From an uncultured Gemmatimonadaceae bacterium (lineage in GTDB: Bacteria > Gemmatimonadota > Gemmatimonadetes > Gemmatimonadales > Gemmatimonadaceae), in the NCBI GenBank assembly GCA_963761305.1, contig CAVXGK010000002.1:480001-544000 (forward strand): DNA of 64,000 bases. The letters are read 5' to 3'. The notes under the pieces are model-generated. The model searched no databases, was not told the DNA's origin, and saw only the letters and a program-made list of their open reading frames with translations. The position numbers and the translations under genes were made by a program. Below are positions 1 through 8,655 of this stretch, in pieces (within the stretch, counting starts at the first letter, position 1; each line of letters opens with the position of its first letter).

Positions 1-2
1 CG

Positions 3-218
3 TCGACGTATTCGGTCGAATACCACGAGCTGAACCTGCCGCAACTGCTCTGGGGCGGCGGGGCGTGGCTGGCGGTGACGTTCCTGGCGCTCGGGCGCGT
101 GGCCCGCGGGTGGCAGGCGCAGCGCGCCGCGAAGTATTCGGGACTCGCCTTCGTCGCCGTCTTGGTGTTGTACCTGGCGTTTCGCGTCGCGGCGCCGGCA
201 ACGGGACAGTTCCTGTGA
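3..218 (+). CDS. Cytochrome c assembly protein (CcsA-like), 3' end only
   Basis: Frame 3 read by hand: STYSVEYHELNLPQLLWGGGAWLAVTFLALGRVARGWQAQRAAKYSGLAFVAVLVLYLAFR...GQFL*. It has two TM segments and an RGWxxxRAA motif, and lies upstream of hemA. Confidence 0.6.
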   Translation, partial: STYSVEYHELNLPQLLWGGGAWLAVTFLALGRVARGWQAQRAAKYSGLAFVAVLVLYLAFRVAAPATGQFL

Positions 219-827
219 GCGCGTACCCGCTCACACTCGAGGGCGCGTCGATCTCGGCGCTCGTCGTCGGCGGCGGCCGCGTCGCGACGCGGAAGGCGCT
301 CTCGCTGGTCGGCGCGGGCGCACGCGTGCGCGTGATCGCGAAGACGGTGACCGAAGCGCTCGAGCGGGCCGCCGCCGACAACGACCGTTTGACGCTCACG
401 CGCGCCGCGTATTCGTCTTCTCAGATAGGCGACGCGACGCTGGTCGTCGCGGCGACCGACGACGCTGCGCTCAACGCGACGATCGCCCGCGACGCGCGCG
501 CCAAGGGACGCTTGGCGAACGTCGTCGACGCGCCGAACGCAGGGCAACTGCACGACGCCCGCGGTGCTGCGATCCGGCGACGTCGTCGTGTCGGTGAACG
601 CCGGCGGTGTTCCGGCGGCGGCGAAACGTATTCGCGACTCGCTCGCCGGGCGGTTCGATGCGCGGTACGCGTCGGCGGTCGAACATCTCGCGTCGCTGCG
701 ACGATCGTTGATCGACGGCGGGCGGCGAGAGCGATGGCTCGAGGCATCGGCCGCGCTCGTGGGCGACGATTTCTGCGATCAAGTCGAGTCGGGCCGCTTC
801 GCGGAACGGGTGGCACGATGGCGCTGA
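215..827 (+). pseudogene. Precorrin-2 dehydrogenase/ferrochelatase (SirC / CysG N-terminal type), frameshifted near 542-544
   Basis: GTG215 gives YPLTL..ALVVGGGRVATRK..LVVAATDD..NVVDAP in frame 2. The family-like sequence continues as GNCTTPAVLRSGDVVVSVNAGGVPAAAKRIRD in frame 3 to TGA827. Removing one G from GGG 542-544 restores the frame. Confidence 0.75.
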
Positions 828-2125
828 CCGTCGTCGGCGTGAACCATCGCGGCGCGTCGCTCGACGTGCGCGAGCGACTGGCGTATCGCAGCACCGAGGC
901 GGTGCCCGCGCTCGAGGCGTTGCGCGCCGCGTCGTCGGCTCGCGAAGCGGTGATGCTCTCGACGTGCAATCGCACCGAGGTGTACGTCGTGGAGAACGAC
1001 CGCGACGCGGTCCCGAACGTGTGGTCGGCGTTCGCCGGGAAGCTCGGCCGCGACGCCTCCGAGTTCGGGTACGTGCGCCGGGACCGCGACGCCGTGACGC
1101 ATCTCTTCCGCGTCGCGAGCGGTCTCGACTCCATGATCCTCGGCGAGGCGCAGATCCACGGACAGGTGCGCGACGCGTGGGAGCTGTGCCGCAGCCAATC
1201 CGGCCCGCTGCTCAACCGGCTCTTCCAAACGTCGCTGCTGGTGGCCGGACGTGTGCGCAGCGAAACGTCCGTTTCGCGCGGCGCGGCGTCGGTCAGCTCA
1301 GCGGCCGTGCAACTCGCCAAGCAGATCTTCGGCGCGTTGAACGGCAAGCGCGCCATGGTGCTCGGCGCCGGCGAGATGGCCGAGCTGGCGCTGGAGTGTC
1401 TGGTCGATCAGGGTGTGCGCGCTGCGATCGTCGCCAATCGCACGTTCGAACGCGCGCAGGAATTGGCCGAGCGATATGGCGCTGCCGCCATGCACGTCGA
1501 CGAGTGTTGGCCCGCCCTGGCCGACGTCGACGTGTTGGTGTGTTCGACGGCTGCGCCGAGGGCGGTGGTGTCCGTGGAGCACGTGCGGCCGGCGTTGGGC
1601 ACGCGCGGTGACCGGCCGCTCTGCATTCTCGACATCGCCGTGCCGCGCGACGTGGACCTCGCCGTCCGGCGGCTCGAGAACGTGTTCCTTTATGACCTCG
1701 ACGATCTGCAGGCCGTCGTCGCGGCGAACATCGAGCGGCGCCGCAGCGACATGCCGACGGCGGAGCAGTTGATCGGCGGAGAAGTGGACCGGTATTGGGA
1801 CTGGGTCGCCGGCCTGGCCGCCGTGCCCACGTTGACGGAGATGCGCTCGCGCATGGAGTCGGTGCGCGAGCGGGAGGTGTCGGATGCGTTGCGCCGGCTG
1901 GAGCACCTCGCCCCCGCCGAACGAGCCGTGGTCGAGGAACTTTCCAGGAGCCTCATGAACAAATTCTTGCACGAACCAAGTGTTCGCCTTCGCGCCGCGG
2001 CCTCGAATGGGCGCGGCCTCGGTGTCGTCGACACCGTGCGCTATCTGTTCGGCCTGGAGCGCTCCGGCGACTCGAGCGGCGAGCGCCGCGAGTCGGCGGA
2101 TCCAGCTTCGGAGCCGCGCGAGTGA
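818..2125 (+). CDS. hemA: Glutamyl-tRNA reductase
   Basis: Motifs STCNRTE, LFRVASGLDSMILGEAQIHGQV, GAGEMA and DIAVPRDV; ATG at 818. Confidence 0.97.
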   Translation: MALTVVGVNHRGASLDVRERLAYRSTEAVPALEALRAASSAREAVMLSTCNRTEVYVVENDRDAVPNVWSAFAGKLGRDASEFGYVRRDRDAVTHLFRVASGLDSMILGEAQIHGQVRDAWELCRSQSGPLLNRLFQTSLLVAGRVRSETSVSRGAASVSSAAVQLAKQIFGALNGKRAMVLGAGEMAELALECLVDQGVRAAIVANRTFERAQELAERYGAAAMHVDECWPALADVDVLVCSTAAPRAVVSVEHVRPALGTRGDRPLCILDIAVPRDVDLAVRRLENVFLYDLDDLQAVVAANIERRRSDMPTAEQLIGGEVDRYWDWVAGLAAVPTLTEMRSRMESVREREVSDALRRLEHLAPAERAVVEELSRSLMNKFLHEPSVRLRAAASNGRGLGVVDTVRYLFGLERSGDSSGERRESADPASEPRE

Positions 2126-3087
2126 CCCGCCGCGCACTCGTTACCGGCGGCGCCGGCTTCATCGGCTCGCACGTCGCCGATCGCTTTCTCAGCGACGGAT
2201 GGTCGGTCGACATCATCGACAACTTGTCGAGCGGGCGGAGAGAAAACGTGGCGTCGGCCGCGCGCCTTCACGTCATGGACATCCGATCGACGGACGCGGC
2301 CGACCTCGTCGCCGGTGGATCGTTCGACGTGATCGCGCACCTCGCCGCGCAGATCGACGTCCGCAAAAGCGTCGACGACCCGGCGTTCGACGCGAGCGTG
2401 AACGTGCTCGGCGCGCTCAATCTCGTCGAGGCGATGCGGCGCGCCGACGGATCCAAACGCGCCCGCCTGGTGTTCTCATCGACCGGCGGGGCGCTGTACG
2501 GCGATCACGCCACGCCGCCCAACGCGGAGACCGTCGCCAAGGAACCCGATTCACCCTATGGCATCGCCAAGCTCGCGACCGAGCTCTATCTGTCGTATTA
2601 CGCGCGCATCCAGGGGATGGACATGGCGGCCGTCCGGTTCTCGAACGTCTACGGACCGCGGCAGGACCCGCACGGCGAAGCGGGTGTCGTCGCCATTTTT
2701 TGCCAGCGAATTCTCTCCGGGCGTCCGATCACCATTTTCGGCGACGGCATGCAGACGCGCGACTACGTCCATGTGAGCGACGTCGCAGCGGCCATGTTCG
2801 CCGCGGCCACACAATCGTTGCCGGAGCCGCGGCGCCTCGACGACCGCGCGTTCAACATCGGCACGGGCGTGCCGACGTCGGTGGTCCACCTCGCGGAGGT
2901 CCTGCGCACAGCCGCCAGCGCGACGACGACGATCGAGTTCGCGCCGAAGCGGCCCGGCGAGCAGCAGCAGTCGTTCCTCACGGTAGACAAAGCCAAGTCG
3001 CAGCTCGGGTGGACCCCGGCGATCTCGATCGACGAGGGGCTCGCCGACACGTTCCGCTGGTTCAGCGCCAACACTCGCACCGCGTGA
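2122..3087 (+). CDS. NAD-dependent epimerase/dehydratase (UDP-glucose 4-epimerase-like)
   Basis: TGGAGFIGSH, YGIAK (YxxxK), NVYGPRQDPHGEAGVV; GTGA overlap with hemA. Confidence 0.92.
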   Translation: MTRRALVTGGAGFIGSHVADRFLSDGWSVDIIDNLSSGRRENVASAARLHVMDIRSTDAADLVAGGSFDVIAHLAAQIDVRKSVDDPAFDASVNVLGALNLVEAMRRADGSKRARLVFSSTGGALYGDHATPPNAETVAKEPDSPYGIAKLATELYLSYYARIQGMDMAAVRFSNVYGPRQDPHGEAGVVAIFCQRILSGRPITIFGDGMQTRDYVHVSDVAAAMFAAATQSLPEPRRLDDRAFNIGTGVPTSVVHLAEVLRTAASATTTIEFAPKRPGEQQQSFLTVDKAKSQLGWTPAISIDEGLADTFRWFSANTRTA

Positions 3088-3091
3088 GACC

Positions 3092-3850
3092 GTGACGATC
3101 GCACTTCTCCAGTTGCAGATGTCGCATGGGGCGGTTCCGTCGACCCCGCTGGATCTCATTCTCGACGCGACGCCGGTCACCCAGGGCGTGCTCCTCGTCC
3201 TCGTGTTCCTGTCGCTGCTGAGCTGGGCCATCATGTTCGGCGTCTGGCGTTCGCTGAAGAAGGCGGCGAAGTCGGCCGACAAGTTCTGGTCCGAGTTCGA
3301 GCACGTGTCGAGGCTCGAAGACGCGGCGACGCTCGCCAAGAAATCGAAGCCGAGTGCGCTGCCGAGGCTCTTCATGCGCGCGATTCGCTTCGTCGCCGAT
3401 GCGCGTGTGGCCAACCAGCAGGTGCTCGAGCGCGCTACCCCCGGCGGCGGCGGAGATACGCCGACGTCGGCGACGCTCAGCGGTTCGCAGATCGAAACGC
3501 TCCACCTGCTGCTCGACACCGACGCCTCCGACGAACGCGACCGACTCGGCCGATTCCTTCCGTGGTTGGCGACGATCGGCTCGGTGAGTCCGCTCATCGG
3601 ACTGCTCGGCACGGTGCTCGGCGTCATCGAGGCGTTCCTGGGCATCGCGTCGAAGGGTTCCGGCAACCTGTCGGCGGTGGCGCCTGGGGTGGGCGAAGCG
3701 CTGACGGCGACGGCCGCCGCGCTGGCTGTCGCGATCCCGGCGACGTTCGGCTACAACATTTTCGCGGCGCGGCTCAATCGCTTCGACGGCCGCATGGAAC
3801 GCTTCGGCACGGCCGTGATCGCGCTGCTCGTGCGCGAAGGTCGCATCTGA
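3092..3850 (+). CDS. tolQ: MotA/TolQ/ExbB proton channel protein
   Basis: LATIGSVSPLIGLLGTVLG and VAPGVGEALTATA; first gene of the tol-pal cluster. Confidence 0.9.
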   Translation: MTIALLQLQMSHGAVPSTPLDLILDATPVTQGVLLVLVFLSLLSWAIMFGVWRSLKKAAKSADKFWSEFEHVSRLEDAATLAKKSKPSALPRLFMRAIRFVADARVANQQVLERATPGGGGDTPTSATLSGSQIETLHLLLDTDASDERDRLGRFLPWLATIGSVSPLIGLLGTVLGVIEAFLGIASKGSGNLSAVAPGVGEALTATAAALAVAIPATFGYNIFAARLNRFDGRMERFGTAVIALLVREGRI

Positions 3851-3851
3851 C

Positions 3852-4265
3852 ATGGCTCGTCGCGCCCGGCGACATCGCTACGAGCTCAACGCCGACGTGA
3901 ACGTCGTCAGTCTGATCGACGTGATGCTGCTGCTGCTCGTGATCTTCATGATCACCGCGCCGATGATGCAGGGCGGCGTGGACATCTCGCTCCCGCAGGC
4001 GCAGTCGAAGCCGCTCGAGTCGAAAGACGGGCTCGCTGTGACCGTCAACGCCAAAGGGGAGATCTTCATTGGGACGGAGAAGTTCACGCTCGGCGACTTC
4101 CGCGTCTCGTTCAAGACGGTCGCGCAGAACCGGACCCGAAACGGCGTGTATCTCCGGGCGGACAAGGGCGTCGATTATGGGCTGGTCGTTCAGATCCTCG
4201 CCATCATGAACGCCAACGGTGTCTCCAACGTCGGGCTCGTCACGGAGCCGGAGGTGATTCGCTAG
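3852..4265 (+). CDS. tolR: ExbD/TolR protein
   Basis: NVVSLIDVMLLLLVIFMITAP and LRADKGVDYG. Confidence 0.9.
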   Translation: MARRARRHRYELNADVNVVSLIDVMLLLLVIFMITAPMMQGGVDISLPQAQSKPLESKDGLAVTVNAKGEIFIGTEKFTLGDFRVSFKTVAQNRTRNGVYLRADKGVDYGLVVQILAIMNANGVSNVGLVTEPEVIR

Positions 4266-4266
4266 C

Positions 4267-4989
4267 GTGAGTGTGAGCGCGATCGCCGAGCCGCGTTTGG
4301 GCGGTGGATTTGTCGCGTCGGCGCTGTTTCACGGCGCCCTGGTGGCCGCGTTCTATCTGATGCGCCCCGGAACGCCGCCGCCGTCGCCGCCGATCTACCG
4401 GGTGCAGCTGTTCGCCGCGCCGCCCGGCGAACGCGCTATCGGCGTCGTGCAGAATCAACCGGTGCCGACGCCGCCGCCCGAGACGAAAACCGAAAAGCCA
4501 AAGCCGGTGCCGAAGCCGGTCGCCACGAAGCCGGTGGCAAAGCCGGCGACGAAATCCGTTTCCGCGGTGAAGCAAGTGACGCCGACTCCGCCGGTGAAGA
4601 CCGCTCTGCCAAAAGAGGAAACGCCGCAGCCTGTGGCCGGTGGCGGTCCGACCGGTGGGAAGGGAGCCGATGTGTCGAACGTCGACACGGGCGGTCTCGA
4701 TTTCAACTACCCGGGCTACACGTCGAACATCATTCGCCAGCTGATTCTTGCGTGGGGCCAGGGCGCGCCGCGGTATGACGCTGTCGTCCGGTTCACGATC
4801 AAACGCGACGGAACCGTAGATCCCGAGAGCATTCAGCTCGTAACGCACGGCAACTACGCCAACGATCGCCGCGCGATCGGCGCCGTCGAACAGGTCGCCG
4901 ATGGGAAACTCTTCGGCGCGCTACCGCCGGGCTTTCGCGAAGACATCCTTCCGGTGACAGTTCGGTTCACTCCATCCATGTTCAAATGA
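4267..4989 (+). CDS. TolA/TonB-family energy transducer
   Basis: N-terminal TM with SxxxH (SALFHG), Pro/Lys-rich linker and TonB-C-like end (VRFTIKRDG); sits between tolR and tolB. Confidence 0.8.
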   Translation: MSVSAIAEPRLGGGFVASALFHGALVAAFYLMRPGTPPPSPPIYRVQLFAAPPGERAIGVVQNQPVPTPPPETKTEKPKPVPKPVATKPVAKPATKSVSAVKQVTPTPPVKTALPKEETPQPVAGGGPTGGKGADVSNVDTGGLDFNYPGYTSNIIRQLILAWGQGAPRYDAVVRFTIKRDGTVDPESIQLVTHGNYANDRRAIGAVEQVADGKLFGALPPGFREDILPVTVRFTPSMFK

Positions 4990-6311
4990 TTCGCGTCGCT
5001 CCCGTTGCTCGCGTCGTTTCGCTGTTGTGCGTTGTGCTCGCCGTGTCGGCGCGCGTGCTGCGGGCGCAGGACACGACGTATCGCGGCATCTCGCTCGTCG
5101 CGAACTTCGATCCGCTGCGCGACAAGATTCCGATCGTCGTGCTGCCGGTGTCGGGCGGGTTCGGCGACTCGGTGCGCGCGATCGTGCAGCGCGACCTCGA
5201 CTTCAGCGATCGCTTCGTCGTCATTCAGATCGACAGCGCCGATCCGTCGACGCTTCGAGCGCAGGGCGCCGCGGCGGGGCTCAACTACGACGTCTTTCGC
5301 CACCTCAACGCCGCCGCGGTCGTGCAGCTGACGATGGGCGGCACGGGCGTTCACGTCGCGCTCCACGACGTCGGCCACATGCAGGTGATGAACGCGGGAG
5401 ACTTCGATCTCTCGGGCGCGGGGCTCGGTCGTGATTGGCGGCTGGGCGTGCATCGCGCGTCCGACGAGATCGAGCGGTGGATGACGGGACAGCGCGGAAT
5501 CGCCGCCACGCGCATCGCCTACATGCGCGGCCGAAACATTCGCATCGTCGACAGCGACGGCGCGGAAGAGATCACCGTCCCGACGGATTCGAACGGTACC
5601 AGTCCGGCCTGGAATCCGGCCGGGACGGAGTTGGCGTATTCGACGTTTGGCGACGCGTCGCGTTTGGTCGTGATCGATCTGGCGACCGGTCGCTCCCGCG
5701 CGTTGGCGGGGCCGACGCGGAACGTCATCTATACGACGCCGGAGTTTTCACCCGACGGCAATTCGATCGCGTTTACGCGCACCGGGGAATCGCAAGGAGA
5801 CATCTACATCGTCGACGCCAATGGCACGTCCGCGCCTCGGCGTCTCACCGTCGCGCACGGATGGCAGAACTCGAATCCGGTATTCAGCCCACGCGGACAA
5901 AGGATCGTTTACGTCGGCAACAGCCAAGGCCCGCCGGAGTTATATATTATGGACTCCGATGGAAATAACGCCGACCAACTCACGCGGTACGACTTTGACC
6001 CGAACAACTACCGGTCCGACCCCGACTGGTCTCCCGATGGGCGGCTCATTGCCTACCAGGAGATGATGAACGGCCGCTTCCAGATTCGGACCATCCCCGC
6101 GGGCGGCGGCACGCCGAAGCAACTCACTGGCGAAGGCGCGAACGAACAGCCATCGTGGGCCCCCGATTCGCGGCACCTGGTCTTCACGTCGTCGCGAACG
6201 GGCGTTCGGCAGTTGTGGGTGTTGGACACGGAATCGAACCGCGTTCGTCAACTCACCAAAGCGGAAGGTTCGCGACTCGCGGCATGGTCGGCGCGTCTAT
6301 CGGGACAGTAG
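4986..6311 (+). CDS. tolB: TolB beta-propeller protein
   Basis: Signal peptide and PD40 repeats (PAWNPAG, PEFSPDG, PDWSPDG, PSWAPDS); directly upstream of pal. Confidence 0.92.
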   Translation: MIRVAPVARVVSLLCVVLAVSARVLRAQDTTYRGISLVANFDPLRDKIPIVVLPVSGGFGDSVRAIVQRDLDFSDRFVVIQIDSADPSTLRAQGAAAGLNYDVFRHLNAAAVVQLTMGGTGVHVALHDVGHMQVMNAGDFDLSGAGLGRDWRLGVHRASDEIERWMTGQRGIAATRIAYMRGRNIRIVDSDGAEEITVPTDSNGTSPAWNPAGTELAYSTFGDASRLVVIDLATGRSRALAGPTRNVIYTTPEFSPDGNSIAFTRTGESQGDIYIVDANGTSAPRRLTVAHGWQNSNPVFSPRGQRIVYVGNSQGPPELYIMDSDGNNADQLTRYDFDPNNYRSDPDWSPDGRLIAYQEMMNGRFQIRTIPAGGGTPKQLTGEGANEQPSWAPDSRHLVFTSSRTGVRQLWVLDTESNRVRQLTKAEGSRLAAWSARLSGQ

Positions 6312-6380
6312 CGCAAGCACCTGAACGAGATCCTCCCCCTTCCAAATCCCCTACCTCCCTCTAGTTCTCTCTCGCAGGAG

Positions 6381-7007
6381 ATGCCCATGACGAGTACTCG
6401 ACGGATCGCGGGTCTGGCGTCGGCAGCGCTGTGCGTAGCGGCGATCAGCGCATGTCACCACAGCCCACCACCCGCGACCCTGGCCCCGGTGATGCAGGCC
6501 TCCGGCCCGAACGCCGACAGTATTGCCCGTGCCCAGGCAGACGCGGCGCGACGCGCCGCCGAAGACGCCGCACGTCGCCGAGCCGCCGATAGCGCCGCCG
6601 CCGCCGCCGCAGCGGCGCGTCTACGTGCCAACGCCGGATCGCTCGCCACCACGCTCACGGCGATGATCCACTTCGACTACGATCAAGCGGACCTGCGCCC
6701 GAGCGATCGCGCGATTCTCGACGCCAAGGTGCCAATCCTGCAGGCGAATTCCGGCGTGATGCTTCGAGTCGCCGGCCACACGGATGAGCGCGGATCGGAC
6801 GAGTACAACCTCGCCCTCGGGCAGCGTCGCGCGGCGGCGGTGAAAGCGTATCTCGTGCAACACGGCATCGCCGACGCGCGCATTCAGACGGTGAGCTACG
6901 GCGAGGAACATCCGATCGCCCAAGGCGACGACGAATCGGCATGGTCGCAGAATCGGCGCGCCGAATTCGAGATCACCGGCGGCGGCGGGAATCTCCGCGC
7001 TCCATGA
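6381..7007 (+). CDS. pal: Peptidoglycan-associated lipoprotein
   Basis: Lipobox ISAC, HFDYD, GHTDERGSDEYNLALGQRRA, SYGEE and QNRRAEF. Confidence 0.95.
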   Translation: MPMTSTRRIAGLASAALCVAAISACHHSPPPATLAPVMQASGPNADSIARAQADAARRAAEDAARRRAADSAAAAAAAARLRANAGSLATTLTAMIHFDYDQADLRPSDRAILDAKVPILQANSGVMLRVAGHTDERGSDEYNLALGQRRAAAVKAYLVQHGIADARIQTVSYGEEHPIAQGDDESAWSQNRRAEFEITGGGGNLRAP

Positions 7008-7840
7008 TGCATCGATCCGTCCGTTCGCTCATGACGCTCGCGCCCGTCGCCCTGTTCGCGGCGACGGGCTGTCTCGCCACGCAAGGCAGCATTCAAACGC
7101 TGCAGGACGAGATCCGCGCCTCGCGCTCGCAGCTCGCGCAGAACGACACCGCGATCCTTCGCGCCGAAGATGCTCGGCGGCGTGAGATCGCCACGCTCGC
7201 CGCGAACATCGACCGCCTGAACGATTCAGTGAGGGTGCTCACAGCGCGGCTGGCGCTTTTCCAAGCGAACGCGGCCGGGCAGTTCGACGCGATGGGCCAG
7301 CAGGTGATCAAGATCGAGTCGATTCTGGGACAGAACACGCGCGATCTGCAGGATCAGCGAACGCAGCTCGCGGCACTGCGCGAACAGGGCGTGACGGGCG
7401 CGACCGCCTCCGCTCCCACTTCGGCCGGCGGCCCGGACACGAGCCAGCGAGCGACCGGCGGGCTCCCGGGGCCGGCGACCATGTTCAGCTCCGCCGTGGA
7501 AGAATTCAGAAAGGGCAGCTATCGCACGGCCCGCTCGGGCTTCGAGGACTTGATCAAGGCCTACCCCGACTACGACCAGAACGCGCGAGCCCAGGTCTAC
7601 ATCGGCGACGCGTACAAGGCTGATGGGAACCCGGCGGCGGCGGACTCGGTATACCAGCTCGTCGAAACGAAATATCCGAGCAGTCCCGACGTTGCCGGCG
7701 CGCTGTGGCGCCGCGGCCGAATGCTATGGGACGCCAACAAGAAGAATGAGGCTCGGATCGTTCTCAATCGGCTGATCAACAAGTATCCTCAATCCGACGA
7801 AGCCGAGCTCGCAAAAGCACTGATGACCCCGAGCGAGTAG
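7004..7840 (+). CDS. cpoB: CpoB/YbgF-like coiled-coil TPR lipoprotein
   Basis: Lipobox ATGC, coiled coil and C-terminal TPRs (KYPSS, KYPQS); follows pal. Confidence 0.8.
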   Translation: MMHRSVRSLMTLAPVALFAATGCLATQGSIQTLQDEIRASRSQLAQNDTAILRAEDARRREIATLAANIDRLNDSVRVLTARLALFQANAAGQFDAMGQQVIKIESILGQNTRDLQDQRTQLAALREQGVTGATASAPTSAGGPDTSQRATGGLPGPATMFSSAVEEFRKGSYRTARSGFEDLIKAYPDYDQNARAQVYIGDAYKADGNPAAADSVYQLVETKYPSSPDVAGALWRRGRMLWDANKKNEARIVLNRLINKYPQSDEAELAKALMTPSE

Positions 7841-7863
7841 GCGCCACGCGAGTCTCGAGCGGG

Positions 7864-8655
7864 ATGCCGATTCCGAAGTCCAAAACTGGAGAGATGCCGT
7901 TCCTCGATCACCTCGAGGAACTGCGATGGCGCATCATCTACTGCCTCATCGCGCTCGTCGCGTGCGTCGGCCTCGGATTCTGGCTGGCGGTGCAATACGA
8001 CGCGGTCGGATTGCTGGCGCGTCCCATTCTGCCGTTGATCCCCCAGCACAAGCTCGCATACCTCCATCCGAGCGAAGGCTTCACCGTCATCCTCGACACG
8101 GCGATGACCTTCGGGTTCGTCTTCGCGTCGCCGGTGATCATCTATCAGGTCTGGCAGTTCCTCGCGCCCGCGCTCAAGCAGCACGAGAAGCGGGTCGGAC
8201 TGGGCGTGCTGTTCAGCGGATTGGTGTTGTTCATCTCCGGCGCCGCACTCGCCTACTTCGTGGTCGTGCCGCTGGCGCTCCCGTGGTTGTTCCAGTTCGG
8301 CGGCCCGTCGCTGGTGCCGCTGATCACGGCAGAGGATTATTTCAGCTTTATCTTCGCGATGGTGTTGACGTTCGGCGTGAGCTTCGAGCTGCCCATCGTG
8401 ATCCTCGCCCTCGCGGCGCTCGGCATCGTCACGCCGGCGTTTCTCTCGAAATATCGGCGCCACGCGATCGTCCTCATCGTCATCATCGGCGCGTTCCTCA
8501 CGCCGGGCGACATGGTGTGGACGACGATCGCCCTGTCCGTGCCGCTGTACGGCCTGTATGAGTTGAGCGTCCTCGCCGCCTACGTGATCCATCGCCGCAA
8601 GCAGCGGCGCCGCGGCTTGGACAACGCTCCGCCGGAGGGGGGAGTGCCCGCGTGA
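7864..8655 (+). CDS. tatC: Twin-arginine translocase subunit TatC
   Basis: MPFLDHLEELRWR, FLAPAL, FELP, LTPGD and LYELS. Confidence 0.95.
   Translation: MPIPKSKTGEMPFLDHLEELRWRIIYCLIALVACVGLGFWLAVQYDAVGLLARPILPLIPQHKLAYLHPSEGFTVILDTAMTFGFVFASPVIIYQVWQFLAPALKQHEKRVGLGVLFSGLVLFISGAALAYFVVVPLALPWLFQFGGPSLVPLITAEDYFSFIFAMVLTFGVSFELPIVILALAALGIVTPAFLSKYRRHAIVLIVIIGAFLTPGDMVWTTIALSVPLYGLYELSVLAAYVIHRRKQRRRGLDNAPPEGGVPA

Noticed and set aside
65..2125. 686-aa ORF as a single genuine protein
   Set aside because: It is a composite of out-of-frame ccsA overlap, the SirC N-half, an out-of-frame linker and HemA.
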